Part shown: piece after piece, positions 29,007 to 40,010 of the stretch | Layout of the letters: each line of letters opens with the position of its first letter | Numbering within the stretch: position 1 is the stretch's first letter | Assembly (NCBI GenBank): GCA_963713865.1 | Contig: OY970208.1 | Span: 1,056,001-1,120,000 of the forward strand | Source of the DNA: an uncultured candidate division Zixibacteria bacterium | Lineage (GTDB): Bacteria > Zixibacteria > MSB-5A5 > RBG-16-43-9 | Direction: 5' to 3' | DNA: 64,000 bases | Notes under the pieces: model-generated | The model's input: only the letters and a program-made list of their open reading frames with translations | The model's database searches: none | Told to the model about the DNA's origin: nothing | Position numbers and translations under genes: made by a program

Positions 29007-30704
29007 ATGAAAATAAAATTCTGGATCAAATTATTTACCTTTAACTTAATCTTATTATTTATAAGTTGTGCTAAAAGGGATTATCCACTTGGAGGACCGG
29101 TTGATTTAACCCCACCTCAGGTCCTGGAGGTTTTTCCGCAAAACAATTCGCTCAATATAGACACCAAGACAAATATTACTCTTACCTTTAGCGAGGGGAT
29201 GGATAAAGAGAAAACCGAGAAATCGATTTTTATCACCCCCGTTCCAGAAACTCCTTTTAAATTCAAATGGAAGAAAAATAGACTAATACTCGAGCCCTCA
29301 AAACCTCTGGAGAAGGATAGAACCTACGTGATAAACTTGGGGGCTAATGCTCAGGACCTGCATAATAATAAACTGGATAAAAGTTATAGCTTTGCTTTTT
29401 CTACCGGGGAAAAATTAGACGATGGTTTTATCTCTGGTAAAACTAATTTTCAATCTAAAAAAGACAAAGGGGTAAGTATCTGGGCTTATCCGCTTATAGA
29501 TAAAGAACCTGATCCCAAAAAAGATAAACCCGAATATGCGACCATATCGGACCAAAACGGGGAATATAGTTTAAGCTATCTGGCTAAGAGTCTTTACAGG
29601 CTTTTCGCGGTAAAAGATTTAAACAATGACCTTCTGTGGGACCCGGATAAGGAACCCTTGGGTGTGGCTACAAAAGATGTAAATTTAAGTCAAGATTCTC
29701 TGTCTTTTTTTGGAATAGATTTCACTCTAATTCAAAGGGATACTACCTTGCCCACCCTGCTTAACTGTCAGAGCATGGATAATAGAACAGTCAGATTGGA
29801 GTTTGATGAACCGTTATCTCTTAGAGCTAGACAGAGTCTATATGATATAATTAATTACAAAATCCAATCAGATTCTTCTTCAGATTCAGGTTCGAAAGTT
29901 GATCTGGTTTATACCAAAGGGGATGATTATCAAAAAGTTTATCTGATTACAGATGAAATGACTAAAAGAAAATATACAGTTTATGTTCAAAACCTTTTTG
30001 ACTTATCTGGTAATCCAATCAATTCACAGTATAATAACTGTTCTTTTGAAGGGACTGAATCTAAGGATAAAGCCCCTTTAAAAATCATTTCTACTAACCC
30101 TCAATCCGGTGCTAAAAATGTTCAATTGGATGCTGAGATTAAACTCTTTTTTGAGAAACCACCTGAGAAAAATTCTGCTGAAAAAGGGTTTGTTTTGAAA
30201 GATAGTTTAGAGGAGAGAGTTGAAGGTAAGTTTTTATGGGAGAAACCTGCTGAATTAATATTCCAGCCAGATAAACTTCTTCAGGGCAAGATGAAATATG
30301 AATTAACCTTGAAAGATTTAGTTGATTTATGGGGTAATCCTTTCTCTGACACCAGTTTTAAACTAACTTTTGCTACTGTTAATCCTGATACCTTAGGCTC
30401 AATCTTAGGAAGAGTGGAGAATCTAACTAATAGCAAAGGAGAAATAGAGATTACAATGGAAAAGATAGAAATTCCCAAGCTAAAGTATGAAAAAAAATTG
30501 AAAGAGCCAGGGGAATTCAAATTTGAAAACGTCTTTCCTGGAAAGTATAACCTTAAAGCTTATTTAGACTTAAATGGAAACAGAGTTCTGGATCAAGGGA
30601 GACCTATCCTCTTTGAGCCTGCAGAGCCCCAGATTTTTTATCCGGATACTTTAAACATCCGCCCCAGATGGGAGACTGAAGGGGTTATTCTAAAATTTAG
30701 ATAA
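29007..30704 (+). CDS. Lipoprotein with bacterial Ig-like (Big_5) domains
   Basis: Lipobox FISC; CAK...PLGGPVDLTPP motif typical of FCB-group Ig-like lipoproteins; ATG 29007 chosen because the longer ORF-track start lies in repeats. Confidence 0.8.
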   Translation: MKIKFWIKLFTFNLILLFISCAKRDYPLGGPVDLTPPQVLEVFPQNNSLNIDTKTNITLTFSEGMDKEKTEKSIFITPVPETPFKFKWKKNRLILEPSKPLEKDRTYVINLGANAQDLHNNKLDKSYSFAFSTGEKLDDGFISGKTNFQSKKDKGVSIWAYPLIDKEPDPKKDKPEYATISDQNGEYSLSYLAKSLYRLFAVKDLNNDLLWDPDKEPLGVATKDVNLSQDSLSFFGIDFTLIQRDTTLPTLLNCQSMDNRTVRLEFDEPLSLRARQSLYDIINYKIQSDSSSDSGSKVDLVYTKGDDYQKVYLITDEMTKRKYTVYVQNLFDLSGNPINSQYNNCSFEGTESKDKAPLKIISTNPQSGAKNVQLDAEIKLFFEKPPEKNSAEKGFVLKDSLEERVEGKFLWEKPAELIFQPDKLLQGKMKYELTLKDLVDLWGNPFSDTSFKLTFATVNPDTLGSILGRVENLTNSKGEIEITMEKIEIPKLKYEKKLKEPGEFKFENVFPGKYNLKAYLDLNGNRVLDQGRPILFEPAEPQIFYPDTLNIRPRWETEGVILKFR

Positions 30705-30960
30705 AGAAAAATACCTCCTTTTTTTTCTTGACAAACAGCTAAAAAGGGTTATTTTAAATATAGAGTATTTTTAGACTTAGTTCTAATTTTCGTCTTCTTT
30801 GATTCCGAGGGGGGAAGACGTAAATCCAGAAGATAGAGTATTAGTTTATGTTTTTGAATATTGTTTTTGATGAGTGATTGGAAAGGGGTGATTTTGTAAA
30901 AGGATTTAAAAAGATTTTTAATTGAAATTTAACCCTTTAACTCTTCAGGAGGATAGGCGT

Positions 30961-33900
30961 ATGCTCAAAAAATGTTTGCCCTTTATCTTTTCGGGTATAT
31001 TGATTCTGCTCTGGTTTGGATTAGCTTTTCCCCAGGATCCTGGTGTGGCTGATACATGCAGAGTGGAGTGCTTAGAGAAGGTCAGGCCTAATTCCCAGGT
31101 AATTTTGAACGTTTATATAATCAATGATGAACACTTAGGTGGATTTGCGATCCCTATTGCCTTTCCGGATTCCGCTACTAATCTGGATATCATTTGTGAT
31201 TCTATAAGCTTTGTAGGCACAAGAGCGGCTGATGCTGGCATTAAAAGCGATACGGCATATATAAATAATGCCAAAAACAGGCTTCTTATTTTTGCGGCCT
31301 GGATTGGAGGAGATTTAGCTCCAGGGAATGGTTCGGTTGCCAAACTATTTTTCAGAACCGGTCCTGCCTGGGATTCAACCATGTATGTTAAAGTTGATTC
31401 CATTTTATGGCCTCCTATTTCCAGTTTAGAGTTCACCAAGACGGATGGTAATGGATTCTTACCTGCTTTTGCAAAGGGGTGTTCTGGGCAATCCAGTTGT
31501 ACCTCCTACGATTACAGTTACCTCTCCGGATGGAGGGGAGAACTGGGTAGTAGGGAGTTCGCATAATATAACCTGGACCTCTTCAAATTTCACTGATAAT
31601 GTAAAGATTGAATATTCCACCAATGCAGGTTCTACCTGGACGACAATCGCTGCCAGCACTGCGAATGATGGAACTGAGTCCTGGATTATACCAAATGCAC
31701 CTACAACTCAAGGCAGGGTGAAAGTATCAGACGCAGCTACTGGCACCCCCTCCGATATGAGCAATACTAATTTCACCATAAGTGCGGCTCCTACTCTAAC
31801 TGTTACCTCACCCAATGGCGGTGAGAGCTGGTGTGCGTTAAGCAGTCATAATATAACCTGGACTTCTACCGGAACGATTGCGAATGTGAAATTAGAGTAT
31901 TCGACTAATTCCGGTTCAACCTGGATCACGATCGCTGCCAGCACTTCAAATGACGGAACCGAGTCCTGGTTGGTGCCGAATACACCCTCTTCCAGTACCC
32001 TGGTCAAAGTTTCTGAATCAGCCACTGGAATCCCCTCGGATGTGAGCAATGCAGTATTTACCATTGCTCCTCAGGTTATAACTGTGACCGCACCGAATGG
32101 AGGTGAAGACTGGCAGGCGGGTACTTCTCACAATATCACCTGGACTTCCTCCTGCTTTACCAGTACGGTGAAGATAGAATATTCAACCGATTATGGCTCG
32201 AGCTGGAATTTAGTAGTAGCAAGCACAGCTAATGACGGGACTCATCCCTGGGTTATACCCAATACCCCCTCGGATAGCTGTTTAGTTAGAGTTTCAGCTG
32301 AAGCTGCTGGAGTACCAAATGACGTAAGCAATTCGATGTTTACCATATCACCACCGCCACCTGCTCAACTAACTATAACCTCCCCCAATGGAGGCGAGAA
32401 CTGGTTTACGGGAAGCTCACATAATATAACCTGGACCTCGCAGGGAATTATCTCAGATGTGAAGCTTGAATACAGTATAGATGGAGGAGCAAACTGGCTT
32501 TCAGTTATAGCCAGCACTCCCAATGATGGAACTTATCCCTGGACTATACCTGATACCCCTTCGGATAGCTGTCTGGTAAAAATCTCAGATGTCTCTAATA
32601 GTGAGACTTCAGATGTAAGTGATAATTACTTCACTATCACTAGACAAGTTGTATCTGGCTGTAAGATACTTTTCGATATCAGCCATGGATTTTCGACTGT
32701 GCCTGAACCTTTAGATACTACCTACTGGTCGCATCTGATCTCAGCCCTTAGAAGTGCCGGGCATGAAGTAGTAACAAATCAGCTTGACTTCAACTTGAAT
32801 GGCTATAATGTTGTCTTCCTGTCATTGCCGGGTGAAGATTACTCAACCCCTGAACTTTCAGCCATTCAGAGCTTTGTGCAGAATGGTGGGGGAGTGGTTA
32901 TAAGCGCAGAGCATGGTGGTGGATACGGAACTGGATATCTCAATCACGTAGCTAATCTTTTTGGAATAAACTTCAAGAGCAACGTGGTATTAGATGATAT
33001 ACATAATGATCAGAGTATGAATAATTGGCCCATCATCTCTGATTATCTAACCGATCCTACAACCGCAGGGATTAATCAGACTGTTATCTATGCTGGTTCA
33101 AGTTTAGAACTTTCCGGTTCGGCTTATCCGATTGCTTATGCAGATACTGATGCTTATATTCCTCCTTCCTTAAAAGGTGTAGCACCTACCAGTGCGCTCC
33201 AGGCAGGCATATTTAAAAATGGACCGGTTAGTGATCTGACTAGAATAAGTGAACCCTCGATCGTGGTTATGGGTGCATCTGTATACGGGAAAGGGAAGGT
33301 CTGGGCAGTGGGTGATTTCAATATCTGGGCGAACGATTATCCTGCCCAGAATATCGGAATCGATTACTATGATAATCAAGAATTAGCCCTGAACGTTTTC
33401 GACTGGGCTTGTACTCCTTCAGAAACCGTTATTGTAACTGTACCGGTTTCAATTCCGGATACCTGTGTTAAGATAGGAGATTTCATCCTGATACCGGTCA
33501 ATATCGGGGATGTAACCGGCAAAGAAGTCTATTCTGCAGAGATAACCTTAACCTATGATAATGCTATATTACAGGCAACTGATGCCACCCTGATCGGTAC
33601 CATAGCTGAAGGCAGGATAATGTTCTATAATAAGTATGATGGTAAAATCGAGATCGGTATTTCAGGAACGGAACCTCTTTCTGGCAGCGGCACATTAGTC
33701 TATGTCGGGTTTAACGTATTAGCATTACCTGTGGATTCAACAATAATCCATTTTGAACGAATGAGGTTTAACGAGGGAATTCCAGCCGCCGAAACCAAAG
33801 ACTGTGTAATCAAGCCCTGTGAGGTTTATCAGATCTCCGGAACTGTGAGATATTGTTTGAATGACAATCCGGTTGACTTAGCCCTGTTGCGGATAACTGG

Positions 33901-35053
33901 TGGTAAGACCGATTCGGTATTAACCGATGCCAGCGGTGGATATAGTTTCTTGAATCTACCTGGAGGATTGGATTACACCGCAAAACCTAATAAATGGGGT
34001 CATCAGGGAGATGCTATAACTGCCTATGATGCCTCTTTGGTTTTGCGGAATGTGGTTCATCTGATACAGCTTTCGCTCTGCCAGAAGATATCCGCAGACG
34101 TAACCGGGAACTGTGAGGTTTCAGCTTATGATGCCTCTTATATCTTGAGGTATGTGGTTGGAGAGTTAACCCAGTTTCCAACCGGAAAAGACTGGAGATT
34201 CTTCCCGGCTGATTATCCTCTGGGTAATGAATTGTGCAGTGGAATACCGGATTCGATCTTCTATCCTGACCTATCCGCCAATATGTTCAACCAGGATTAC
34301 AAAGGTATCCTGTATGGTGACGTATCCGGTAACTGGATAGGAGGAGACCTGTTAGTAGCCAGATCTGCAGATTTCGGTCCACTTCCCAAGGTTAGTACTA
34401 AGAATATTACCGTAAAGCCGGGTGAAGAATTTACTCTACCCATTGAATTGAGAGAATTACCTGAGACCTATTCAGCCGAGTTCAGCTTAAGCTATGATGT
34501 TAACTGGTTAGAGGCAAGGAAAGTATCTTTATCTGAGCTAACATCAGGGTTTATGTTAGAGGATAGAATTACTTCTGACCGGATAAAGATAGCTTTAGCC
34601 GGAGCCAAGCCAGTTTCGGGTAACGGCAATTTAATTGGCATAACCTTCAAGGTATCAGATAATGTTAAACCGGGAGAGAGAACAGAGATAAAGCTTGTGA
34701 ACCTGAGAGTAAATGAGAGTCAGGTAATGGAGCTGAATTTGTCCTATGTAGTTTCAGTTGGAGCATTAGTTCCTGAGAAGTTTTTATTATCTCAGAACCG
34801 ACCCAATCCGTTCAATCCGGTAACCAGTATAGAGTATAGTTTACCTGCAAGATCACATGTAGTTCTGGAGGTATATAACCTCTTAGGACAGAAGGTAACC
34901 ACGCTGGTGAACGAGGAGCAGGAAGCAGGAGCACATCAGGCGATCTGGGATGGAAAAGATAAGGTAGGCAATTCAGTCTCCAGTGGAATCTATTTCTACC
35001 GGATGAAAGCTGAGAATTTCTCAGAAGTTAAGAAGATGGTTTTGATGAAGTAA
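30961..35053 (+). CDS. Scaffoldin-like multidomain secreted protein, +1 frameshift near 31482 (1363 aa if repaired)
   Basis: Signal peptide; cohesin-like domain (paralog of 7512); four TVTSPNGGE.W repeats; DUF4350/GATase-like domain; cohesin (VSIPDT...IPVNIGDV...LTYD); internal dockerin-like pair (ITAYDASLVL / DVTGNCEVSAYDASYIL); further cohesin-like domain; LSQNRPNPFNP tail. Confidence 0.78.
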
Positions 35054-35062
35054 AATTAAATC

Positions 35063-35090
35063 GTAGGGGCGTATTGCAATACGCCCCTAC
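35063..35090. repeat. Perfect 28-bp GTAG REP palindrome
   Basis: GTAGGGGCGTATTGCAATACGCCCCTAC. Confidence 0.9.
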
Positions 35091-35114
35091 AGAGAAAATA
35101 GGAGACAGGAAAAA

Positions 35115-35933
35115 ATGGGGAAGAGTAAAATCTTAAAAACTATACTATGGAACTTTTTGAGCCTTCTGCTCTTCTCCGGTTTGGCTTTTGCCAGCACAGT
35201 AGAGGTTTCGATACCTGATACCACTGGAGCTCCTGGGGATGTGACCCAAGTACCGATCCTGGTAAAGGATATACTCCCTTCTGATACAGTCAGGTCTGCG
35301 GATATATCAATAACTTTTAATCCTGTAGTGGTTCAGGCTGAAAAGATTGCTATCCTATCAGGAACTCTGACCGAAAAATGGTTCAGTGCGGTTAATATTT
35401 TAAGTGATTCGATAATAAAGATTGCCCTGGCGGGGGCAGATTCTATAAGCGGGAGCGGGACTTTAGTCTATCTAAGATTTAAAGTCCTCTCCTCCGCTTT
35501 ACCGGACGATAGTTCTCTTATTCATTTCAAAAAAATGGTGTTCAATGAAGGTGCGCCTCCGGTTTCAGCTAAAGATGGGATATTGAAGATTACTCCGACT
35601 GCGGTTTTTGAAAATGATAACCTAAACCTTCCTCAGAATTTTAATCTGGGACAGAACTTCCCGAATCCGTTTAACCCAACCACATCCATTCCCTTCAAAG
35701 TTAAGAGTTTGGAGTTTGGAGTGGGGAGACCCAGCCACACAACCCTGATTGTTTATAACATCCTTGGGCAAAAGGTGAGGTCACTAGTGGATGAGAGCTT
35801 GAATTCGGGAACGTATCAGGTTACCTGGGATGCGAAAAACGACAGGGGGGAAAAGGTACCCAGCGGAGTTTATTTCTACCGGCTGAAGAGCGGGGATGTT
35901 TCTGAAGTTCGGAAGATGATTTTGTTGAGGTGA
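35115..35933 (+). CDS. Single-cohesin protein with T9SS/FlgD-type C-terminal domain
   Basis: Signal peptide; VSIPDTTGAPGD..QVPILV...ITFNP...GSGTLVYLRFKV; LGQNFPNPFNP...SGVYFYRL. Confidence 0.8.
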   Translation: MGKSKILKTILWNFLSLLLFSGLAFASTVEVSIPDTTGAPGDVTQVPILVKDILPSDTVRSADISITFNPVVVQAEKIAILSGTLTEKWFSAVNILSDSIIKIALAGADSISGSGTLVYLRFKVLSSALPDDSSLIHFKKMVFNEGAPPVSAKDGILKITPTAVFENDNLNLPQNFNLGQNFPNPFNPTTSIPFKVKSLEFGVGRPSHTTLIVYNILGQKVRSLVDESLNSGTYQVTWDAKNDRGEKVPSGVYFYRLKSGDVSEVRKMILLR

Positions 35934-35952
35934 GGAATACCAGTCTTTTCAA

Positions 35953-35990
35953 AAAGCCCTTAATTCACTTCTGGCGGATTAAGGGTTTTT
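35953..35990 (+). terminator. Intrinsic terminator
   Basis: CCCTTAAT/ATTAAGGG followed by a T-run. Confidence 0.65.
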
Positions 35991-36499
35991 TGTTTTCTGG
36001 ATTTATTTTGAGTGTATTAACCGGGTTAATGCCATTTAAAGCGACATGGATTATTTTTTCGTAGTGCGGCCCTTTTTCCTAAACGGATCCATAGGACAGG
36101 GTCACTTAAATTACAACCTATGCAGGTTCTTACGGGTAAACTTTAGTCAAGTCAGCCCTCCAGCACGCATAGGGTGTCAAATTATTTTCAAGTTAAATAT
36201 ACGGGGATTATATTTTGCAGTGTATAGATTAATAACGAGACGGTTCTGGTGTAAATCGACATATTTTCGAGGGCTCCGGAAATTAACCTCAAAGGGCAGG
36301 ACTGCCCATTTATTTTCTAATAGAGCGTCAACCATATCGCTTGTTCCTCTCCGTACGGCTAATTCCACAAAACTGGCCTTAGGAGTAGAACCTTAGATAG
36401 GGTAATCTCCTTGTCAATTCTTTGCAAATTACTGCACATCTTTTTAATGTTTTTGAATATATTTTATTGATAGACATTCAGTTAAATGGAGAGGAATTT

Positions 36500-36515
36500 T
36501 GGCACTAAAATTGCT
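36500..36515 (+). promoter_or_regulatory. Sigma-54 (-24/-12) promoter
   Basis: TGGCAC-TAAAA-TTGCT, a full consensus match 42 nt upstream of the PEP-CTERM gene. Confidence 0.85.
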
Positions 36516-36557
36516 TTATTTCAAAGTTGAAAGAATTACTAAGAAGGAGGTGATAAG

Positions 36558-37343
36558 ATGAAGAAAGCTATGGTGATAAGTCTGAGTTTACTTTTTTTGC
36601 TTCCAATCTCGGCATTTGGTTTTGATTTTATGTTTTCTGATTTTGGCACCAACTCTTTTGATTATAATAACAACTGGAGCCCAATAGCTTATCCAAACGG
36701 GATTGGTCATCTTCCTTCTCCTGGGTATTTTGCTGAGGGCGGTGAAAAGTTCGATTTGGAAGGCCTGTTTGCAAATATGGACTTAGGCTCAAAAATGCTT
36801 AATTTAGCATTGACAAAATCTTTTGGTCAGACTGTTTATAGCACTGGATGGGGACAACTCTTCAATGCGGGTGACATCTTTATTGACTTTTCAACTGGTG
36901 AAAGATTTGCCATTGATGTTTCCACCGGTCATTTATGGAGAGTTGGTAATGCTTTTGGAATCTCCAACCGTCCAGGAACATATTATGGAAATGAAGCTAT
37001 TAGAAATGCAGTTGGCGCTTTTTCGATTGATCAAAATAAAAGCACAGATTTAGGAGCAATTAATTCCAAGGAAACATTCCTGCCCGGTGAGGAAACCGGG
37101 TATTTGAGTCCTGGAGACGGAAATACCTGGGTCTGGGAATATGCCTTTTCTACTGATAAGTTCAATTTGGGAAGAGCAATGGATAATTCAGAGCAAATCT
37201 TTGTACATAATACCCTGGAGTGCGGGAATGATTACATTGAAGGAAGATTCTCCGCAGTCCCTGAACCATCCACGTTGATTCTTTTCGGCTCAGGATTATT
37301 CGGATTTCGAATATTTGCGAGATCAAAGGAAAAAAGGCGATAG
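36558..37343 (+). CDS. PEP-CTERM sorting-domain protein
   Basis: Signal peptide; C-terminal VPEPSTLILFGSGLFGF plus basic tail RSKEKRR. Confidence 0.9.
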   Translation: MKKAMVISLSLLFLLPISAFGFDFMFSDFGTNSFDYNNNWSPIAYPNGIGHLPSPGYFAEGGEKFDLEGLFANMDLGSKMLNLALTKSFGQTVYSTGWGQLFNAGDIFIDFSTGERFAIDVSTGHLWRVGNAFGISNRPGTYYGNEAIRNAVGAFSIDQNKSTDLGAINSKETFLPGEETGYLSPGDGNTWVWEYAFSTDKFNLGRAMDNSEQIFVHNTLECGNDYIEGRFSAVPEPSTLILFGSGLFGFRIFARSKEKRR

Positions 37344-37365
37344 AGAAAGGGAAATGCAAGTTTTA

Positions 37366-37398
37366 TAAAAAAGCCGTCAAAATTGGACGGTTTTTTTA
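37366..37398. terminator. Bidirectional intrinsic terminator
   Basis: A-run, GCCGTC/GACGGT stem, T-run between convergent genes. Confidence 0.7.
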
Positions 37399-37542
37399 TG
37401 AGTGAAGCACTAGAATCATTTTTCCCTTTTCGCACGGGGCGTCAAATATTTTCAGGGTGACAAATGAAAAGGGACAAGCTACATTTAGCTGTGACTACGT
37501 AAAAAGTAGAAACGATTCTATCCAATCAGCAAAAAGATGTTT

Positions 37543-39753
37543 TTAGCAGGGTGGGGGTCCGCCTTTGAAAAGGTAATTTATTAAATATATTATGTCTGCG
37601 ACATTCACACTTCCATCGCAGCTGGTATCAGCTTTCTCTAAAGGAGAAGGCGCAGGTCCTCCTTTATAGAGATAATTAATCATATTGACAACATCTGAAA
37701 CCGTGACTTTAGAATCGCCATTGGCATCCCCTCGTATAAACGGTATCCCCGAATTCACTTTCAAGGGTAGAGTCTTGGTGTTGCTTTTTTGAGGACTGCT
37801 GGAATCTTTTACTAAAACCGAGCAGGTGAAAGTCCCGGTATCCGCGGGCACACCTGAGATTATACCGGTTAAGGAATCCAAGGTCAAATTGTAAGGAAGA
37901 GTCCCACTCCAGAAATATGGGGGTGTCCCGCCTTTAGCTATCAGGGTATCGGTATAGGGATAATCGGAGACTCCATCTGTCAGTGAAGTTGAGACGATAT
38001 TCAGACCATAACTTACATTGCTCGAGTATTTCAAAATCCAGTTATCTTTGTCTAAAAGCAGGGAAATCGGCTGGAAAAGCAGTTCAAACTGGAAGTCCTG
38101 GTTTCTCTGATTGTTGAAAACTACAATGGTGGTATCACCCAGCGGTGTAGAGATGGTTATATCCACGGGCATAGTGAAAACCAGGGGTGGAGTGGACTGA
38201 ATTTGATCTATATGCAGATAGACCAAATATGTTCCACCCGGGTTCTCATACATCCAGGAAACCTGATAATTTGGCCGGTAAGTCCCGTAAATCCAATCCT
38301 GAAAAAGCCAACTTAAATCTATACCAGAAACTTCCTCACACACTCCCTCGAAATCTGCAGTCAAAGCTGTGCCATAGGCAAATCTTGGGTCCGAATAATA
38401 GGCTCGTAAGCTCCCAAAGAAAGCTGAATCTCCAACTACATGTCTCAACATATGTAAAACCCAGGCAGCTTTGTCATAAACGATATTGCTGAAAATCTGG
38501 CTTACGTTTGTGGTATCCTGCACATAGATGGAACCTCCCTTGGTATAATCCATATAACCCATATAGGTATGATAGTACCCTGTTCCATATATATACTCAA
38601 AATACAAAGCCTCGCAATAGCTGGCAAAACCCTCATTTAGCCAGATATTATGCCAGTCTCCGCAAGTTATATAATCTCCCCACCACTGATGAGATAATTC
38701 ATGAACGATGACATAAGGGTCATACCAGGAAGCAAGTAGAGAGGTGCAAGTCTGGTGCTCCATACCTCCGCTCCAGGGGAATTGTGCCATCCCGTATTTT
38801 TCCCCGATGAAAGGGTATTCCCCAAAGGTTCTAGCGAAAAAGTCAATTGCTCCCGGAGTTACCGCATAGCCAGCAACTGCCTGAGAATAGTTCTCTGGGT
38901 AGACAAAATACCTGACCTCCATTGAATCGGTAGGGGAATAATGGTAATAGTCAGAAAAGATTGTATAATTAGTGATAGCAACCGAGATGAGGTAAGTGGT
39001 TATCGGGTAACTCTCATGCCATTTATAGGTTTTGGTTCCATTGCCGTTGTCAATCACTACCCTTAAGACACCATTGGAGGCAACTATGAGGTTAGAAGGT
39101 ATAGTCACGTTTATGTCCGCAGAATCAGCTTTATCAGAGGGATGGTCCTTGCAGGGCCACCAGGTCCGGGCATAATAGGGTTCACTCAAAGAGGAGATGA
39201 TCGGCGCACTTGGAGTTCCGTGATATCTAAAAGCAAAAGCCAGGAAACCGCCTTCAACCGGATGTCCATGATAATATACCGTGATGAGAAAATTCTCATT
39301 CAAAGTATATGCCCTATCCAGAGTTATATTGATAAGATTAGAGGAGTGAGTATAGGAAAGACTTGTTCCTGCCATCTTTATGGAGTCAACCACCATATTA
39401 TCAAAAAGGTCTAAGGAAACAGTATTTAAGCTCAAGATCTTGCTTTGAGCCAACATCTTTACCGCCCCATAGATTACCTTAAAGGTAGTATCGATATTCA
39501 AATCCAGACCATAATAGATGGCATCGAAATCCCCCTGATTTGTCAAAACTTTGGCAAGATACGCCTCTCTGGCCATAGCCAGGGCTTTTGCTTTGCCCTG
39601 ACCTAAAATCTTATGCCCTTCGCTCGGAGGGATAGAAAAGACCGGTTCTGGTTGGGAGGAAAATTTTTCCCTGGCTCCCTGCTGAGCAAAACTTAAGTTA
39701 AAATGAATTGATAAAAAAATAAACAGAACCCAGACGAATGATTTTTTATACAT
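37543..39753 (-). CDS. Secreted M1-family Zn aminopeptidase with Ig domain and C-terminal dockerin
   Basis: GGMEH exopeptidase motif; HELSH-X18-E (WLNEGFASY); YDKAAWVLHMLR; GDANGDSKVTVSDVV...YLYKGGP / [25 protein letters not shown]. Confidence 0.9.
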   Translation of the reverse strand: MYKKSFVWVLFIFLSIHFNLSFAQQGAREKFSSQPEPVFSIPPSEGHKILGQGKAKALAMAREAYLAKVLTNQGDFDAIYYGLDLNIDTTFKVIYGAVKMLAQSKILSLNTVSLDLFDNMVVDSIKMAGTSLSYTHSSNLINITLDRAYTLNENFLITVYYHGHPVEGGFLAFAFRYHGTPSAPIISSLSEPYYARTWWPCKDHPSDKADSADINVTIPSNLIVASNGVLRVVIDNGNGTKTYKWHESYPITTYLISVAITNYTIFSDYYHYSPTDSMEVRYFVYPENYSQAVAGYAVTPGAIDFFARTFGEYPFIGEKYGMAQFPWSGGMEHQTCTSLLASWYDPYVIVHELSHQWWGDYITCGDWHNIWLNEGFASYCEALYFEYIYGTGYYHTYMGYMDYTKGGSIYVQDTTNVSQIFSNIVYDKAAWVLHMLRHVVGDSAFFGSLRAYYSDPRFAYGTALTADFEGVCEEVSGIDLSWLFQDWIYGTYRPNYQVSWMYENPGGTYLVYLHIDQIQSTPPLVFTMPVDITISTPLGDTTIVVFNNQRNQDFQFELLFQPISLLLDKDNWILKYSSNVSYGLNIVSTSLTDGVSDYPYTDTLIAKGGTPPYFWSGTLPYNLTLDSLTGIISGVPADTGTFTCSVLVKDSSSPQKSNTKTLPLKVNSGIPFIRGDANGDSKVTVSDVVNMINYLYKGGPAPSPLEKADTSCDGSVNVADIIYLINYLFKGGPPPC

Positions 39754-39959
39754 GGGCACCTCTTTTCTTGAGTTTTATCTTCAGGTTTCAATTATATCTT
39801 CGGGTATTTTAAATCAGAAATCAACCAGAAAGAATTAAATCTATAACATTTCTTATACGTTTCAACTCTCTTGACTATTAGGGTTCATCGATTGAAATTT
39901 TATTGGAAACTGATAGAGTAAGGCAAGGATTGTTGATCTTATTTGGTGCTTTCGTTAAG

Positions 39960-40010
39960 AAAATCCGGTGAGGTTTAAACCTCATGTCGGTTCAATTCCG
40001 ACCTCCGGCA
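39960..40010 (+). pseudogene. Orphan 3' half of a tRNA-Leu(YAA)-like gene (att-site-like)
   Basis: AAAATCC, long variable arm TGAGG/CCTCA, T-arm GTCGG-TTCAATT-CCGAC, acceptor strand CTCCGGC-A; no 5' half and no CCA. Confidence 0.7.

Noticed and set aside
9421-31487. Programmed ribosomal +1 frameshifting at GTTCTGG
   Set aside because: Codon phase differs between sites, no known slippery or stimulatory signal, and the heptamer occurs in frame in intact genes
36046-36396. ORFs 36046..36396 (+) and 36177..36368 (-)
   Set aside because: No recognisable motif or SD; may be a gene remnant but cannot be supported
39760-40010. tRNA-Leu interrupted by a group I intron
   Set aside because: The G|AAAATCC junction resembles one, but no 5' exon or intron core is visible upstream
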